Shown piece after piece: positions 23,628-35,753 of a stretch of 64,000 bases of DNA; positions within the stretch are counted from its first letter, which is position 1, and each line of letters opens with the position of its first letter. Under the pieces are notes generated by a model. It was not told the DNA's origin, did not search any database, and was given only the letters and a program-made list of their open reading frames with translations. Source of the stretch: an uncultured Actinomycetes bacterium (lineage in GTDB: Bacteria > Actinomycetota > UBA4738 > HRBIN12); the NCBI GenBank assembly GCA_963704885.1, contig CAVPIB010000004.1:250044-314043 (forward strand), given 5' to 3'. The translations under genes and the position numbers were made by a program.

Positions 23628-24377
23628 TCAGGACTTCCACTCGACCTCGATCTCCCCGAACGTCGGCCCCTGCTGGAGCTCGACCTTCCCTTCACGGTAC
23701 AGCTCGAGTATGGCGAGGAAGCGCACCACGACGTGGATACGATCGGGGCAGTCGGCCACGAGATCCCGGAAAGACGCGGGTCGCCCGAACCCCACCATGC
23801 GCTCCTGCACCGCGCTCATGGCGTCCTCGACCGAGTACCGGATCGGCGTCACGTGGGAGAGATCGAGGGTGGGCGGAGGACGGAGCAGTTGGGCGGCCAC
23901 GCGTGCGAGGTCGACGGGTACCGTGCCCACCAGTGGGTCCGGGTACAGGTGCGAGTACTCGGGCCCCGGTCCAACGTCGCGCGCGAAGTAGCCGGCCTCG
24001 TCCTCCAGACGTCGGGCCAACTCCACCGCCACCCGGCGGAACGCCGCTAGCTCCAGGCTCCTCGCGTATGCGAGGTCGGGAGAACCGCCAAGCAGATCGT
24101 CCTCGTCGGGCTCGCGGTGCCGGGGCATCAGCCTGCCGACCTTCAGCTCCAGAAGCATCGCGCAGATCGCTAAGAACCAGGTCGCCTCCTCCAGGTTCCA
24201 GCCCTCCGCCTCCTTCGCGTGGGCGAGGTAGCTGTCGGTCACGGTCGCGACGGGTACGTCGCACACATCGACCTTCTGCTCCAAGATGAGCTCCGCCAGC
24301 AACCGGAAAGGTCCAGTGAAGATGGGCAGTTCCACCGCGAAGCTTCCGGTCGGCGGAGCGTCCGTGTCCTTGCTCAT
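23628..24377 (-). CDS. scpA: Segregation and condensation protein ScpA
   Basis: FTGPFRLL..LI, A..FL...A.LLELK, VVRFLAILEL. Confidence 0.93.
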   Translation of the reverse strand: MSKDTDAPPTGSFAVELPIFTGPFRLLAELILEQKVDVCDVPVATVTDSYLAHAKEAEGWNLEEATWFLAICAMLLELKVGRLMPRHREPDEDDLLGGSPDLAYARSLELAAFRRVAVELARRLEDEAGYFARDVGPGPEYSHLYPDPLVGTVPVDLARVAAQLLRPPPTLDLSHVTPIRYSVEDAMSAVQERMVGFGRPASFRDLVADCPDRIHVVVRFLAILELYREGKVELQQGPTFGEIEVEWKS

Positions 24378-25387
24378 GTGAGATGCATACCGGCGCGAAC
24401 GGCCGCCATGGTGTCGGAGACGACAGGACGGACGCGTTCCACGCCCCCGGCAAGCGCCTGCTCTACGAGCTCGGGGGCAGAAGCCATCTCTGCGCGCCGC
24501 TCGCGGAACGGTCGGAGCTCCTCGACGATCCGGTCAGCCAGGTTGGTCTTGCAATCGACACAGCCGAGCTCGCCGGTGCGGCAATGCTCGTCCGTCCACT
24601 CCAAGATGTCCTGAGAGAACTTACGGTGCAACGCGAATACCGGGCAGATCTCCGGACGACCCGGATCGCCTTTACGGAGCTTCTGCGGGTCGGTGATGAA
24701 GGAACGGACCTTGGCGCGGATCGCGTCGGGCTCATCCATGAGGTCGATCGTGTTGTCCAGCGACTTGGACATCTTGCGTCCGTCTGAGCCGGCGATCAGC
24801 GGCGTCTCTGACAGGAGCGGTTGAGGCTCTACCAAGACATCGCCGTACAACCGGTTGAAGCGCCGCACGATCTCCCGCGAGATCTCCAGGTGCGACACCT
24901 GATCCTCCCCCACGGGCACCAGCTCGCCTCGCACGATCGTGATGTCCACCGTCTGCAGCACCGGGTACCCCAGCAGGCCGAGGTTCGCGATGTCGCGCTC
25001 CGCCATGTCGCGCAAACGCTCCTTGAACGTCGGGACGCGCTCCAGCCAGCCGAGCGGCGTGATCATACCGAGGAGGAGCGCCATCTCCGCCACTTCCGGT
25101 AGGTCGGACTGCCGGTAGATCACCGATCGCTCCGGGTCGATCCCGGCAGCCAGAAGGTCGAGGACCAACGCCTCGACGGCCGAAGGGAGGGTGTCGGTCC
25201 GATCATAGTGCGTCGTCAGCATGTGCCAGTCGGCGACGAAGTAGAAGCACTCGTAGCCCTCGCTCTGCAGACGAACCGCGTTCCCGACGTTGCCCGCCCA
25301 ATGGCCGACATGCAGAGGCCCGGTCGGTCGGAACCCTGTCAGCACACGTGGGCTGCGGGCGGATGAGGTGGGGGTGGATCGGTCGAT
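24374..25387 (-). CDS. trpS: Tryptophan--tRNA ligase (first canonical start GTG 25345; probable true start ATC 25387)
   Basis: RVLTGFRPTGPLHVGH, GYPVLQTVDI, VPVGEDQ, KMSKS. Confidence 0.95.
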   Translation of the reverse strand: MDRSTPTSSARSPRVLTGFRPTGPLHVGHWAGNVGNAVRLQSEGYECFYFVADWHMLTTHYDRTDTLPSAVEALVLDLLAAGIDPERSVIYRQSDLPEVAEMALLLGMITPLGWLERVPTFKERLRDMAERDIANLGLLGYPVLQTVDITIVRGELVPVGEDQVSHLEISREIVRRFNRLYGDVLVEPQPLLSETPLIAGSDGRKMSKSLDNTIDLMDEPDAIRAKVRSFITDPQKLRKGDPGRPEICPVFALHRKFSQDILEWTDEHCRTGELGCVDCKTNLADRIVEELRPFRERRAEMASAPELVEQALAGGVERVRPVVSDTMAAVRAGMHLT

Positions 25388-25430
25388 GTGGGCAAGGATA
25401 GCGCGGCCTCGCGGTCGGACCGTGGAGGCG

Positions 25431-26081
25431 CTAGACGCTGATGCAACCCGAGCCCGCGAGGAGCCGGCAGAGCGAGTTCACGAGGGAGTACACGATCGAC
25501 GTGAGCGGTCCGGCGAAGAGGAAGAGCAGGACCAGCGCGAACAGGGCGAGGTACTGATCCGCGTTGCGGTACATCTCTCGTGCTTTCGGAGGAAGCGCCA
25601 GCGCCACCAGGCGCGCGCCGTCGAGCCCCGGGAGCGGGAGCAGGTGGAACACAGCCACGCAGAGGTTCGCGAAGAGAAGCGCCCGCAGCATTAGGCCGAC
25701 CTCACCCCCGAGTCCCGCGCGGACGAGCATGGCGACGGCGGCGGCGACCACGACGTTCGCCGCCGAGCCGGCGAACGCGGTGATCACCGTGTCGCGCGTC
25801 CGGTTACGGAAGTAGTTCGGATCGATCGGGGCGGGTTTCGCGTACGCCACGGGGGGAGGCAGGAACGACGATGCCGTCGCCCAGAGCAGGAGGATGAGCC
25901 CCGGGAGGACGCCGCTGCCGAACGGCTCGAACCATACCTTCGGGTTGAGGGACAGCCGGCCCCACAACCGGGGCGTGGGATCACCCAGACGCGATGCCGT
26001 GGAGGCTCGAGCGTACTCCCGCGCATCCATCGCGACGAGCAGAGAGACCGCGAGGTAGCCCGCGAAGCGAAGGGCCGTCAT
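25431..26081 (-). CDS. Site-2 protease (M50) homolog with degenerate zinc motif
   Basis: LGDPTPRLWGRLSLNP, YAKPAPIDP, AGSAAN, HLLPLPGLDG; HExxH is replaced by REYAR. Confidence 0.85.
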   Translation of the reverse strand: MTALRFAGYLAVSLLVAMDAREYARASTASRLGDPTPRLWGRLSLNPKVWFEPFGSGVLPGLILLLWATASSFLPPPVAYAKPAPIDPNYFRNRTRDTVITAFAGSAANVVVAAAVAMLVRAGLGGEVGLMLRALLFANLCVAVFHLLPLPGLDGARLVALALPPKAREMYRNADQYLALFALVLLFLFAGPLTSIVYSLVNSLCRLLAGSGCISV

Positions 26082-27406
26082 GAAGCGTCGCCCACGCTCA
26101 GCCAACGATGGATCAAGTCGGGCGGTTGCACGGGGCCGTCCACGAAGCCGAGAGCCGCCAGACTGTGGCGGATCGCCCCCTCCGCATCGTCCGGCGTCCG
26201 CGCGTGAACCTCACCCAGGTGCTCGCCCGCCGTGACCAGGTCACCGATCTTGGGGCGCAACACGATACCGACGGCCGGATCGATCGGGTCGCCCTTACGC
26301 ATGCGGCCGGCGCCGAGCGCGCCGCTGGCCAGCCCGATCGCCTCGGCGTCCACGGCAGCGAGAGTACCCGCTCGATCGGCAACGATGGGCACCACGATCG
26401 GCGCGCGCGGCAGGAGTCCGACAGGGTCGTCGACCACATGCGGGTCCCCACCCTGGGCTTCGACCATCCGGCGGAAGCGCTCCAGCGCCTCGCCCCCGTC
26501 GAGAGCGCGCTCGGCGCGTTCGATGGCCTCGACGTGCTCCACGGCCTCAGTCGCCTCCAGGGCTCGGGCCGCGAACCACACCGCGAGCTCGCGGAGGCGC
26601 CCGCGGAACTCCCCGCGGAGCAGCGCCACGGCCTCCACGACGTCGAGGGCGTTGCCCACGGCATCACCGAGAGGCTGCGACATATCCGTTACCGCCGCCC
26701 CGGCCCGTCTCCCCCATCCTAGAGCCAGCGACAGGCACACCTCGGCCAACGCCCGCGCGTCCTCAGGCGACTTCATGAACGCCCCCGAGCCCGCCTTCAC
26801 GTCCAGCAGGATCAGATCCGTCTGGACCACCAACTTCTTCGACATCACGCTCGCCGCTATCAACGGGATCGAGGGCACGGTGGCGGTGGCGTCGCGCAGG
26901 GCGTAGAGCGCCCCGTCAGCTGGAACCAGGTTCGGTGACTGAGCTGCGACCGCGCATCCGACCTCGGCGACCTGGCGGGCCATCGCCTCAGGGTCCAGGT
27001 CTGTCCGCAGGCCCGGGATCGACTCGAGCTTGTCGAGCGTTCCTCCGGTGTACGCCAGACCGCGGCCCGATAGCTTCGCGACCGCCAGGCCGAGCGCCGC
27101 GGCCAGCGGTGCGAACACCAACGTGACGCCGTCAGCGACCCCTCCCGTGGAATGCTTGTCCACAGCGGGTCTCCCGAGCTCTCCGAACGAAACCCGATCT
27201 CCCGAGTCGACCATGGTGCGTGTGAGCGCCAGGGTCTCGGCATCGTCCATGCCCCGCAACAGGCATGCCATCAAGAAGGCCGCCGCGAGGGCGTCCGTGA
27301 CTTCCCCCCGCGTATAGGCTCCGACGAACTCCTCGATCTCTTGGGGATCAAGCGTCTCGCCGTCGCGCTTGCGGGCGACGACGAGACGGGGGTCATCGAG
27401 TGTCAC
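26078..27406 (-). CDS. pdp: Pyrimidine-nucleoside/thymidine phosphorylase
   Basis: DKHSTGGV, KLSGRGL..TGGTLDKLESIPG, LYALRDATAT, SVMSKK. Confidence 0.95.
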   Translation of the reverse strand: MTLDDPRLVVARKRDGETLDPQEIEEFVGAYTRGEVTDALAAAFLMACLLRGMDDAETLALTRTMVDSGDRVSFGELGRPAVDKHSTGGVADGVTLVFAPLAAALGLAVAKLSGRGLAYTGGTLDKLESIPGLRTDLDPEAMARQVAEVGCAVAAQSPNLVPADGALYALRDATATVPSIPLIAASVMSKKLVVQTDLILLDVKAGSGAFMKSPEDARALAEVCLSLALGWGRRAGAAVTDMSQPLGDAVGNALDVVEAVALLRGEFRGRLRELAVWFAARALEATEAVEHVEAIERAERALDGGEALERFRRMVEAQGGDPHVVDDPVGLLPRAPIVVPIVADRAGTLAAVDAEAIGLASGALGAGRMRKGDPIDPAVGIVLRPKIGDLVTAGEHLGEVHARTPDDAEGAIRHSLAALGFVDGPVQPPDLIHRWLSVGDAS

Positions 27407-27469
27407 GCGAGACCTCCCGTCCGCATGGAGACCAGATGGAGATCATCCTCCGACGAAGGCTAGACCGCT

Positions 27470-28654
27470 TCATACATCGAACCCGATAAGGTCGGTGAAG
27501 CTCGAACCCTCCAGACCTTGTACGTCTACACCCAACAGCGCCGCGATCGTATGGCCCAGGTCGCCGAACGATCCCCTGGTGCCGATCTCGTACGGTCCCC
27601 CATCGAGACCGGCCGCGAGGAGTGGGGTGCGCTCGCGAGAGTGATCGGTAGGCGGAGTGGTGGGATCACATCCGTGGTCGCCGGTGATGAACATGATCCC
27701 GCCGTCGAGAGCGTCCACCAGCTCCGGAAGGCGAGCGTCGAAGGCCTCCGCCGCCACCGCATATCCCCGCGGATCGTTGCGGTGCCCGTACTTCGAGTCG
27801 AAGTCGACCAGGTTCGTGAACACGAACGTATGCCCTGGACGCCGGAGATACTCGAGCGTCAGATCCACGCCGTGGTCGTTGGAGTCCGAGTACCTACCCT
27901 CGGTGATCCCCTGGCCGCAGAAGATGTCGCGGATCTTGCCGACGCCCAAGACCGTCACGCCCGCCTCTTCCAGGTGGTCCAGGATGGTTCGGGACGGAGG
28001 CGGAAGCGAGAAGTCCCTGCGCTCGGGGCTCCGCACGAAGCGACCGGGCTCTCCGTCGAACGGCCTTGCGATCACCCGCCCGACAGAGTGTTCGCCCGTG
28101 AGCAACCGGCGCGCCACGCGACACCACTCGTACAGCATGGAGAGAGGAACGATCCCCTTGTGGCACGCGACCTGGAAGACGGAGTCGCCGCTGGTGTAGA
28201 CGATAGGCTGCCCCGTCCGCAGATGCTCCTCTCCGAGCTCCTCGATGATCTGCGTACCCGACGCCCGCACGTTGCCCAAGATCTCTCGCCCTACGGTCTC
28301 CTCGAACTGGTGGACTATCTCGGGCGGGAACCCGTCCGGATAGAGCGGGAACGGATGATCCAGCCTGACGCCCATCATCTCCCAGTGCCCCGTGGTGGTG
28401 TCCTTGCCGGCCGAGCGCTCGGTCGCTCTTCCGTAGGCGCTCCCAACCTGCGCGCGGGGCGCGACCCCTTCGATCGCCGTCAGGTGGCCCAGCCCCAGCG
28501 CTTCGAGGTTGGGCAGCCGCAGTCCCCCCACGGCGCGGGAGGTGTTCCCCAGGGTGTCGGAGCCGTCGTCGCCGTAGGCTGAAGCGTCGGGAGCATCGCC
28601 CACTCCCCACGAGTCGCAGATGACCAGCAGGACACGGGGAACGCGAACCTGCAT
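27470..28654 (-). CDS. deoB: Phosphopentomutase
   Basis: CDSWGVG, GKDTTTGHWE, NLVDFDSKYGHRND, TGDHGCDP, DHSRE. Confidence 0.96.
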   Translation of the reverse strand: MQVRVPRVLLVICDSWGVGDAPDASAYGDDGSDTLGNTSRAVGGLRLPNLEALGLGHLTAIEGVAPRAQVGSAYGRATERSAGKDTTTGHWEMMGVRLDHPFPLYPDGFPPEIVHQFEETVGREILGNVRASGTQIIEELGEEHLRTGQPIVYTSGDSVFQVACHKGIVPLSMLYEWCRVARRLLTGEHSVGRVIARPFDGEPGRFVRSPERRDFSLPPPSRTILDHLEEAGVTVLGVGKIRDIFCGQGITEGRYSDSNDHGVDLTLEYLRRPGHTFVFTNLVDFDSKYGHRNDPRGYAVAAEAFDARLPELVDALDGGIMFITGDHGCDPTTPPTDHSRERTPLLAAGLDGGPYEIGTRGSFGDLGHTIAALLGVDVQGLEGSSFTDLIGFDV

Positions 28655-29010
28655 CACGCCGAGACACTCTTGTGCTTGCAGTCGATGCACAGCAGGGCCG
28701 CCGGCAGCGTCTCCAGGCGCTCACGCCCGATCGGGTTACCGCACCGCTCGCACGAGCCGTAGGCTCCGCCGTCGAGCTTCACCAGTGCGCGTTCGACGTC
28801 GCGGAGGTTCGAGCGGAGCGCCTCAACCACCGAGATCAAGCGCGATCGCTCCTCGGTGCTGTGCGAGCGATCCGCGAACCCCGAATCGTCGACGAAGGCG
28901 ACCTCGTCGGAATCGGGATCGGCTCCCCGTTCTGAGATCTCACTACGCAGCTGATGGCGCTGCTCTTCGAGCTGGGCCCGCAGGCCCGCGAAGGACGCCG
29001 GGTCCGCCAT
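28654..29010 (-). CDS. DksA/TraR C4-type zinc finger protein
   Basis: Coiled coil then ALVKLDGGAYGSCERC...RERLETLPAALLCIDC. Confidence 0.9.
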   Translation of the reverse strand: MADPASFAGLRAQLEEQRHQLRSEISERGADPDSDEVAFVDDSGFADRSHSTEERSRLISVVEALRSNLRDVERALVKLDGGAYGSCERCGNPIGRERLETLPAALLCIDCKHKSVSA

Positions 29011-29011
29011 G

Positions 29012-29956
29012 TCATCTCCCTCCGTTCGGCCCGCGACGCGCGCGGGGATGCGACGAGTAGTACACCTCACGCAGGTGCTCCTTGGTCACCAACGTGTATA
29101 TCTGCGTGGTCGCGACACTTGCATGGCCGAGGAGCTCCTGCACAACTCGAACGTCCGCTCCACCCTCCAAGAGGTGCGTCGCGAACGAATGCCGCAACGT
29201 ATGAAGCGTAACGCGCCGACCGATGCCCGCGGCCGTCACATGGGTCGAGAGCAGTCGCGCGCAGCTCTGCCGGGTCAGACGCCCGCCCCTTGTGTTCAGG
29301 AACAAGGCCGCGCGGCTCGCGCGTGACGCGAATTCCGGCCGGGAACGGCTGAGGTAGGCACCCACCGCCTCCCGAGCCATCTTGCCTACGGGGACCTCGC
29401 GCTCCTTTCCGCCCTTTCCCAAGACGCGGACGGAGCCCTCCTCCAGATCGATGTCGTCCACATCCAGCCCGACGAGCTCTGAGATCCGGAGCCCCGCTCC
29501 GTAGAGGAGCTCCAGGATCGCCCGGTCGCGAAGGCCGGCTGAAGTCCGGGGATGTGGTGACTCGAGCAGGCGGATGATCTCACCCAGCGGGAGGGGATGC
29601 GGCAACGACCGGGGCAGCTTGGGCTGCGTCACCGCCGAGGCAGGATCGCGATCTGCCCCGCCCTCTCGCAGGATGAAGCGATGGAACGACCGAACCGAGG
29701 ATGAGGCTCGGGCGACCGAACGGGCGCTGTAGGGACGCTCATCCTTCCCCCAGGTCGAGGCTGAGACCGAGGCGACGAACGAACGAACCGTCGACGGCTC
29801 GACCTCACCGGGCGTACGCACCTCGCGGGCGGTGCAGAACGCCACGTACCGACGCAGGTCCCTGCGATAGGCGGCGAGCGTGTTCGGAGACAAGCCCCGC
29901 TCCACCGTGAGGTGATCCAGGTACCGATCGAGCCACGTCGCCAAAGGATCCGCCAT
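29012..29956 (-). CDS. xerD: Tyrosine recombinase XerD
   Basis: [66 protein letters not shown]; synteny with pyrG-NUDIX. Confidence 0.93.
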   Translation of the reverse strand: MADPLATWLDRYLDHLTVERGLSPNTLAAYRRDLRRYVAFCTAREVRTPGEVEPSTVRSFVASVSASTWGKDERPYSARSVARASSSVRSFHRFILREGGADRDPASAVTQPKLPRSLPHPLPLGEIIRLLESPHPRTSAGLRDRAILELLYGAGLRISELVGLDVDDIDLEEGSVRVLGKGGKEREVPVGKMAREAVGAYLSRSRPEFASRASRAALFLNTRGGRLTRQSCARLLSTHVTAAGIGRRVTLHTLRHSFATHLLEGGADVRVVQELLGHASVATTQIYTLVTKEHLREVYYSSHPRARRGPNGGR

Positions 29957-29975
29957 GGCTCCGCCCCGCCGACGG

Positions 29976-31100
29976 TCAGCCGAGCCCGTCGACCAGCGTG
30001 GCGAGCGAGGTGAACGGAAGCCCGTGAGCCTGGGCGACCGGAGCGTTCGTCACGTGCCCGCCGTAGGCGTTCACGCCCAAGGCGAGCGCCGCGTCCGCAC
30101 GGATGGCATCCTCCAGACCCAGGTTCGCGATCTCTATCGCGTATGGGGTCGTCACGTTCGTGAGCGCGTATGTCGAGGTCCTTGGCACAGCTCCCGGCAT
30201 GTTGCCGACGCAGTAGTGGACGACGTCGTGACGTACGAACGTGGGATCGGAGTGGGTGGTCACGTGCGAGGTCTCGAAGCACCCGCCTTGATCGATCGAG
30301 ATATCCACGACCACCGAACCGGCGGGCATCGCGGCGACCATCGCCTCCGTCACCAAGTGAGGCGCCTTGGCACCCGGAACCAGGACCGCTCCGATCACCA
30401 GGTCCGCGCTCGTGATCAACTGCTCCACGGCCAGGCGGCTGGACATCACGGTGAGTATCCGTCCGCGCCAGATCTGATCCACGAAGCGCAGCCGTTCCAC
30501 GTTCTTGTCCACGATGGCGACCTCGGCTTCCATCCCCGCCGCGATCCACGCCGCGTTGGTGCCGGCCATGCCGGCCCCCAGGACCACGACACGTGCAGGG
30601 GCCACGCCGGACGCCCCGCCCATCAACACGCCACGTCCTCCCTTCGGCCGTTCCAGGTTGGTGGCCCCACAGTGAGGGGCCATACGCCCGGCGATCTCAG
30701 ACATGGGCGCGAGGAGCGGTAGGCGGCCGTCGCCGGTCTGGACCGTCTCGTATGCCACGGCCGCGATCCGGCGATCGAGCAGGAATCGGGTCAGCACCTC
30801 GTCGGCGGCGAGATGCAGGTAGGTGAACAGGGTCTGACCCTCTCGTAAGCGGTCGTACTCGGCGGGCTGCGGTTCTTTGACCTTCATGATCATGTCCGCC
30901 GCCGCGAAGACCGCGTCTGCGTCGGCCAGGATCTCGGCGCCTGCGGAGGCGAACTCCCCGTCCGATAGGGAGGAGCCTTCGCCGGCGCCGGATTCCACCA
31001 CCACCCGATGGCCGGCGTGCACCAGCTCGCGAACACCCTCCGGGGTGGCTGCCACCCGGTTCTCGTTGTCCTTGACCTCGGTCGGGATCCCTACGATCAT
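29976..31100 (-). CDS. ald: Alanine dehydrogenase
   Basis: [51 protein letters not shown]. Confidence 0.97.
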   Translation of the reverse strand: MIVGIPTEVKDNENRVAATPEGVRELVHAGHRVVVESGAGEGSSLSDGEFASAGAEILADADAVFAAADMIMKVKEPQPAEYDRLREGQTLFTYLHLAADEVLTRFLLDRRIAAVAYETVQTGDGRLPLLAPMSEIAGRMAPHCGATNLERPKGGRGVLMGGASGVAPARVVVLGAGMAGTNAAWIAAGMEAEVAIVDKNVERLRFVDQIWRGRILTVMSSRLAVEQLITSADLVIGAVLVPGAKAPHLVTEAMVAAMPAGSVVVDISIDQGGCFETSHVTTHSDPTFVRHDVVHYCVGNMPGAVPRTSTYALTNVTTPYAIEIANLGLEDAIRADAALALGVNAYGGHVTNAPVAQAHGLPFTSLATLVDGLG

Positions 31101-31156
31101 CCGTGCCCCTTGCGCTCCTGGGGAAGCCTACCCGAGCCTCATTCGAGCCCTGTCGC

Positions 31157-31672
31157 TCACGGGAGCGCAGGCCGTCCGTCGGCCAGTAGAAGGGCGAGGG
31201 CGGTCTTGGCGTCACGGACTCGACCGGCTCGCGCCGAGGAGACCATCTGGCCGAACGGCACCCGGCTCACCTCGATCCCCTGCTCCGCGGGGGCATCCGG
31301 TTCCGCGTTCGTCCGCGCCCAGAACAGGTGTACGTACTCATCGGTGAAGCCTGCCGACGAGTAGTAGCCACCAAGGAACTCGATGGTTCGATGCCTGAAT
31401 CCGGTCTCCTCGAAGAGCTCTCGACCGGCGCAGGTGAGTGCGTCTTCTCCGTCGACGTCCAGCAGCCCCGCGGGGATCTCGGTCAGCGGCTGACGGATCG
31501 CGGGCCGGAACTGCTTCACCAAGAGTACGTCGTCATCCGGCGTGATCGGCAGAACCGCGGCTGCTCCCGGGTGATGGACGACCTCGTACGGAGGATGTCC
31601 TTCCCAGTCCTCGACGTCCAAACGAACGACTCTCCCCCGGAACGCCGACTGGCTCCCTCGGGGCTCGGCCAT
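31157..31672 (-). CDS. NUDIX hydrolase (ADP-ribose pyrophosphatase-like)
   Basis: HPGAAAVL, QFRPAI, EIPAGLLD...RELFEETG Nudix box. Confidence 0.92.
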   Translation of the reverse strand: MAEPRGSQSAFRGRVVRLDVEDWEGHPPYEVVHHPGAAAVLPITPDDDVLLVKQFRPAIRQPLTEIPAGLLDVDGEDALTCAGRELFEETGFRHRTIEFLGGYYSSAGFTDEYVHLFWARTNAEPDAPAEQGIEVSRVPFGQMVSSARAGRVRDAKTALALLLADGRPALP

Positions 31673-31684
31673 CGGCGCTACGAC

Positions 31685-33361
<1,677 letters not shown>

Positions 33362-33400
33362 CTAGATCGAGTCGCGAACTTCCCTTCCTGCTCAGTTCGT

Positions 33401-34141
33401 TCAATCCGGGAGCCTTCCCAGCCGGTCGAACCATCGCAGCGCCGACACCGCGTCGATGGGGCGGGACAGCGTCAGCGTGTCCGCCAAGACGTTGAGCGTG
33501 ACCGCCGCCAACGCCGCGACCACCAGCCACGCGCCCGTGAGCACCGCAAACAGGCCGAGCCCGATGCTGAAGCCAAGGAGGTTGGCACCGCCGTCTCCCA
33601 GCATCGCGCGCTCGCGAAGGTCGGGCCACAGAGCGAGCAGGGACCCGGCCGCCATACCTGGCAGGGTGGGTATCAGCCAGATCGGGGCAGATGCGACGCC
33701 CAGCATGGCGACGAGCCCAAACTTGAGCGCCCGGCCCGGACGCACGTCGAGCCCGTTCCAAAGGTTCGCACAGCCGGCCACGAGGATGACGCCGGCGATA
33801 CCGCCCACTCCCTTCGTTCCACCCAGGAGCGTCACCGAAACGATCGCGGCCGCGGCCACCACGACGAGCTTCGCGATGCCGGTCGTCACGCGTCCTGACA
33901 ACAGGGCCGAGAGATGGTTACGAACACCTCTGGTCGCATCCGGAGACAGGTCGTCCACGAGGCCGGCGCAGAAGACCGCTAGAGATGCGGCAGCTACTCC
34001 CCATCCTGCGCGACCAACGGCTGGGGTCGCGGTGATGGCGGCGACCGCGACGGAGGCCGCCGCGCAGGCCACCAAGAGGATCCCGAGCGTGCGAGGCACC
34101 ATGGCGCCTCGATGGTTCGCGACCGACAGCCGGATCCTCAC
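33401..34141 (-). CDS. MraY/WecA-like glycosyltransferase family 4 membrane protein
   Basis: GLVDD, NLWNGLDVRPGR, MLGDGGAN motifs; multiple TM segments. Confidence 0.8.
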   Translation of the reverse strand: MRIRLSVANHRGAMVPRTLGILLVACAAASVAVAAITATPAVGRAGWGVAAASLAVFCAGLVDDLSPDATRGVRNHLSALLSGRVTTGIAKLVVVAAAAIVSVTLLGGTKGVGGIAGVILVAGCANLWNGLDVRPGRALKFGLVAMLGVASAPIWLIPTLPGMAAGSLLALWPDLRERAMLGDGGANLLGFSIGLGLFAVLTGAWLVVAALAAVTLNVLADTLTLSRPIDAVSALRWFDRLGRLPD

Positions 34142-34824
34142 CGTGGTCGCGCCACGCGGACCAGGGCAGCTCGGGCGATCTGCACACCCTGGCTACCTCG
34201 ATGCAAGAAGCCCCTCAGGGTCCGCCGGGTCGCCCGGTGCGTGAGTCCCGGCACCGGTACCTCGACAACGCGGAAGCCCGCCCGCACCGCATCGATCGTC
34301 ATGGCCGTCTCGACGCCGAAACCGCCAGCCAGCGGTCGGACGGCGGCAAGGCAGGCCGCTGTGATCGCCCTTTGACCCGACAGCGGTTGCTCTGCTTCGA
34401 ACCCCGACAACCGGTAGATCGCCAAGGCTGCTGCGCGTTTGACCGTGCCGAGGCCGCCCCCTCCTTGCGGGGGGAGCAACGCCACGGCCAGATCGGCACG
34501 CCCGTCCTTGACCACTTCGACGACGACACGAAGACCCTCCGCGCTCCCTCCGAGGTCGGCGTCGGCGAACAGCCAAACGTCTGCCGGAGGGAGCCGCCGC
34601 AGGGCTCCCTCCATGGCTCCCCCTTTGCCGATGCCACCCGGGATCCGTAGCACGCTAGCCCCAGCAGCGAGCGCCTCCGCCGCGGTGTTGTCCGACGATC
34701 CGTCATCGACCACCACGATCTCGGCCGGCCCCCAACGGGCGATGGCCAGGACGGTTCGCCGGATGGTGGCCTCCTCGTCGCGGGCCGCGATCAACGCGAC
34801 GACCCTCGGTCCCTCCGATGTCAT
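34138..34824 (-). CDS. Glycosyltransferase family 2
   Basis: ALIAARDEE, VVDDGSSD, GKGGA, FADAD, LSGQRA, FGVET. Confidence 0.88.
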   Translation of the reverse strand: MTSEGPRVVALIAARDEEATIRRTVLAIARWGPAEIVVVDDGSSDNTAAEALAAGASVLRIPGGIGKGGAMEGALRRLPPADVWLFADADLGGSAEGLRVVVEVVKDGRADLAVALLPPQGGGGLGTVKRAAALAIYRLSGFEAEQPLSGQRAITAACLAAVRPLAGGFGVETAMTIDAVRAGFRVVEVPVPGLTHRATRRTLRGFLHRGSQGVQIARAALVRVARPR

Positions 34825-35753
34825 ATCGGCTGCGGCAGCAGGCGCGTGGCACCCGGCTTCACGCCGTAGTCGCCTCCCGTCCCTAGCACGATCGCCGAAC
34901 GCAATCCGAGCGCCATGGCCGAGGCGCCGACCGGCCGGTCGACGTTGTCGACGGTCACGATCGGATCCGACGAAGCATCGAGCACCGAGCGGACCGCCAA
35001 CATGAAGCCGTCGTCCGCGTCCAGGCTCTCGCCGACGCCCTCGACGACCTCGAGAGCGGCTAGTTCCTCCACCAGCGGCACCATGAAGTCGATCGAAGCC
35101 GGGGACAGCTCGCCGCTCGCTCCGCCGACCACCACGACCAACTGACCCCGCCCTCCGATCTCGCCGAGCGTTGCGTCCCTTATCTCGGGAGCCGACGCCG
35201 TGAGGAACCCCTGCGAAAGCATCTCGCCCAACAGGTCCACCCCGCTGGGATCAAGGGCCGGATCGGTCGCCAGCCGGCCCGCCAGCGCACCTCCGGCCGC
35301 GGCCGTCAGGGCTTGAGCAGGGGTGTCGTCCGGTAGCGACAGGATGGCCGCCAGGTCACGTTCGGCACTCGGCGTCTGGGCGGCCATGGTGGGCTGCACG
35401 GTGAGGGTCGTGATCACGTTCGCCCCGGCCAGGTCCAACGCCATCCGGGTCTCCGCGGAAGCGCCGCCGTCCACTCCCTCCTGAGTGACCACGATCACTT
35501 GGACGCCGATCAGCGTCGAATCGACCAGGTACGGCATCGCCTGCTCCGCGAAAGCGTTCATCCTCGCGAGCTCATCCTGATGCTCCTGATCGGCACCACG
35601 CAGCTCGTCAAGACGCGCAGTTAGGTCCGTCGTCTGCGACCTCAAACTGCGCACGAGGTTGTCGTTGAGCACCGTGGTGCCGGTCAGCACGCCCAGGCCG
35701 AAGGCCAAGAACACGGCGACGATCGAGATCAGGTGGTAGCGCCACGAGATCAC
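34821..35753 (-). CDS. SteB/MctB (DUF3186) family protein
   Basis: ISWRYHLISIVAVFLAFGLGVLTG N-terminus, VTVDNVD...G, YGVKPGA..LLP; follows steA. Confidence 0.88.
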   Translation of the reverse strand: MISWRYHLISIVAVFLAFGLGVLTGTTVLNDNLVRSLRSQTTDLTARLDELRGADQEHQDELARMNAFAEQAMPYLVDSTLIGVQVIVVTQEGVDGGASAETRMALDLAGANVITTLTVQPTMAAQTPSAERDLAAILSLPDDTPAQALTAAAGGALAGRLATDPALDPSGVDLLGEMLSQGFLTASAPEIRDATLGEIGGRGQLVVVVGGASGELSPASIDFMVPLVEELAALEVVEGVGESLDADDGFMLAVRSVLDASSDPIVTVDNVDRPVGASAMALGLRSAIVLGTGGDYGVKPGATRLLPQPI

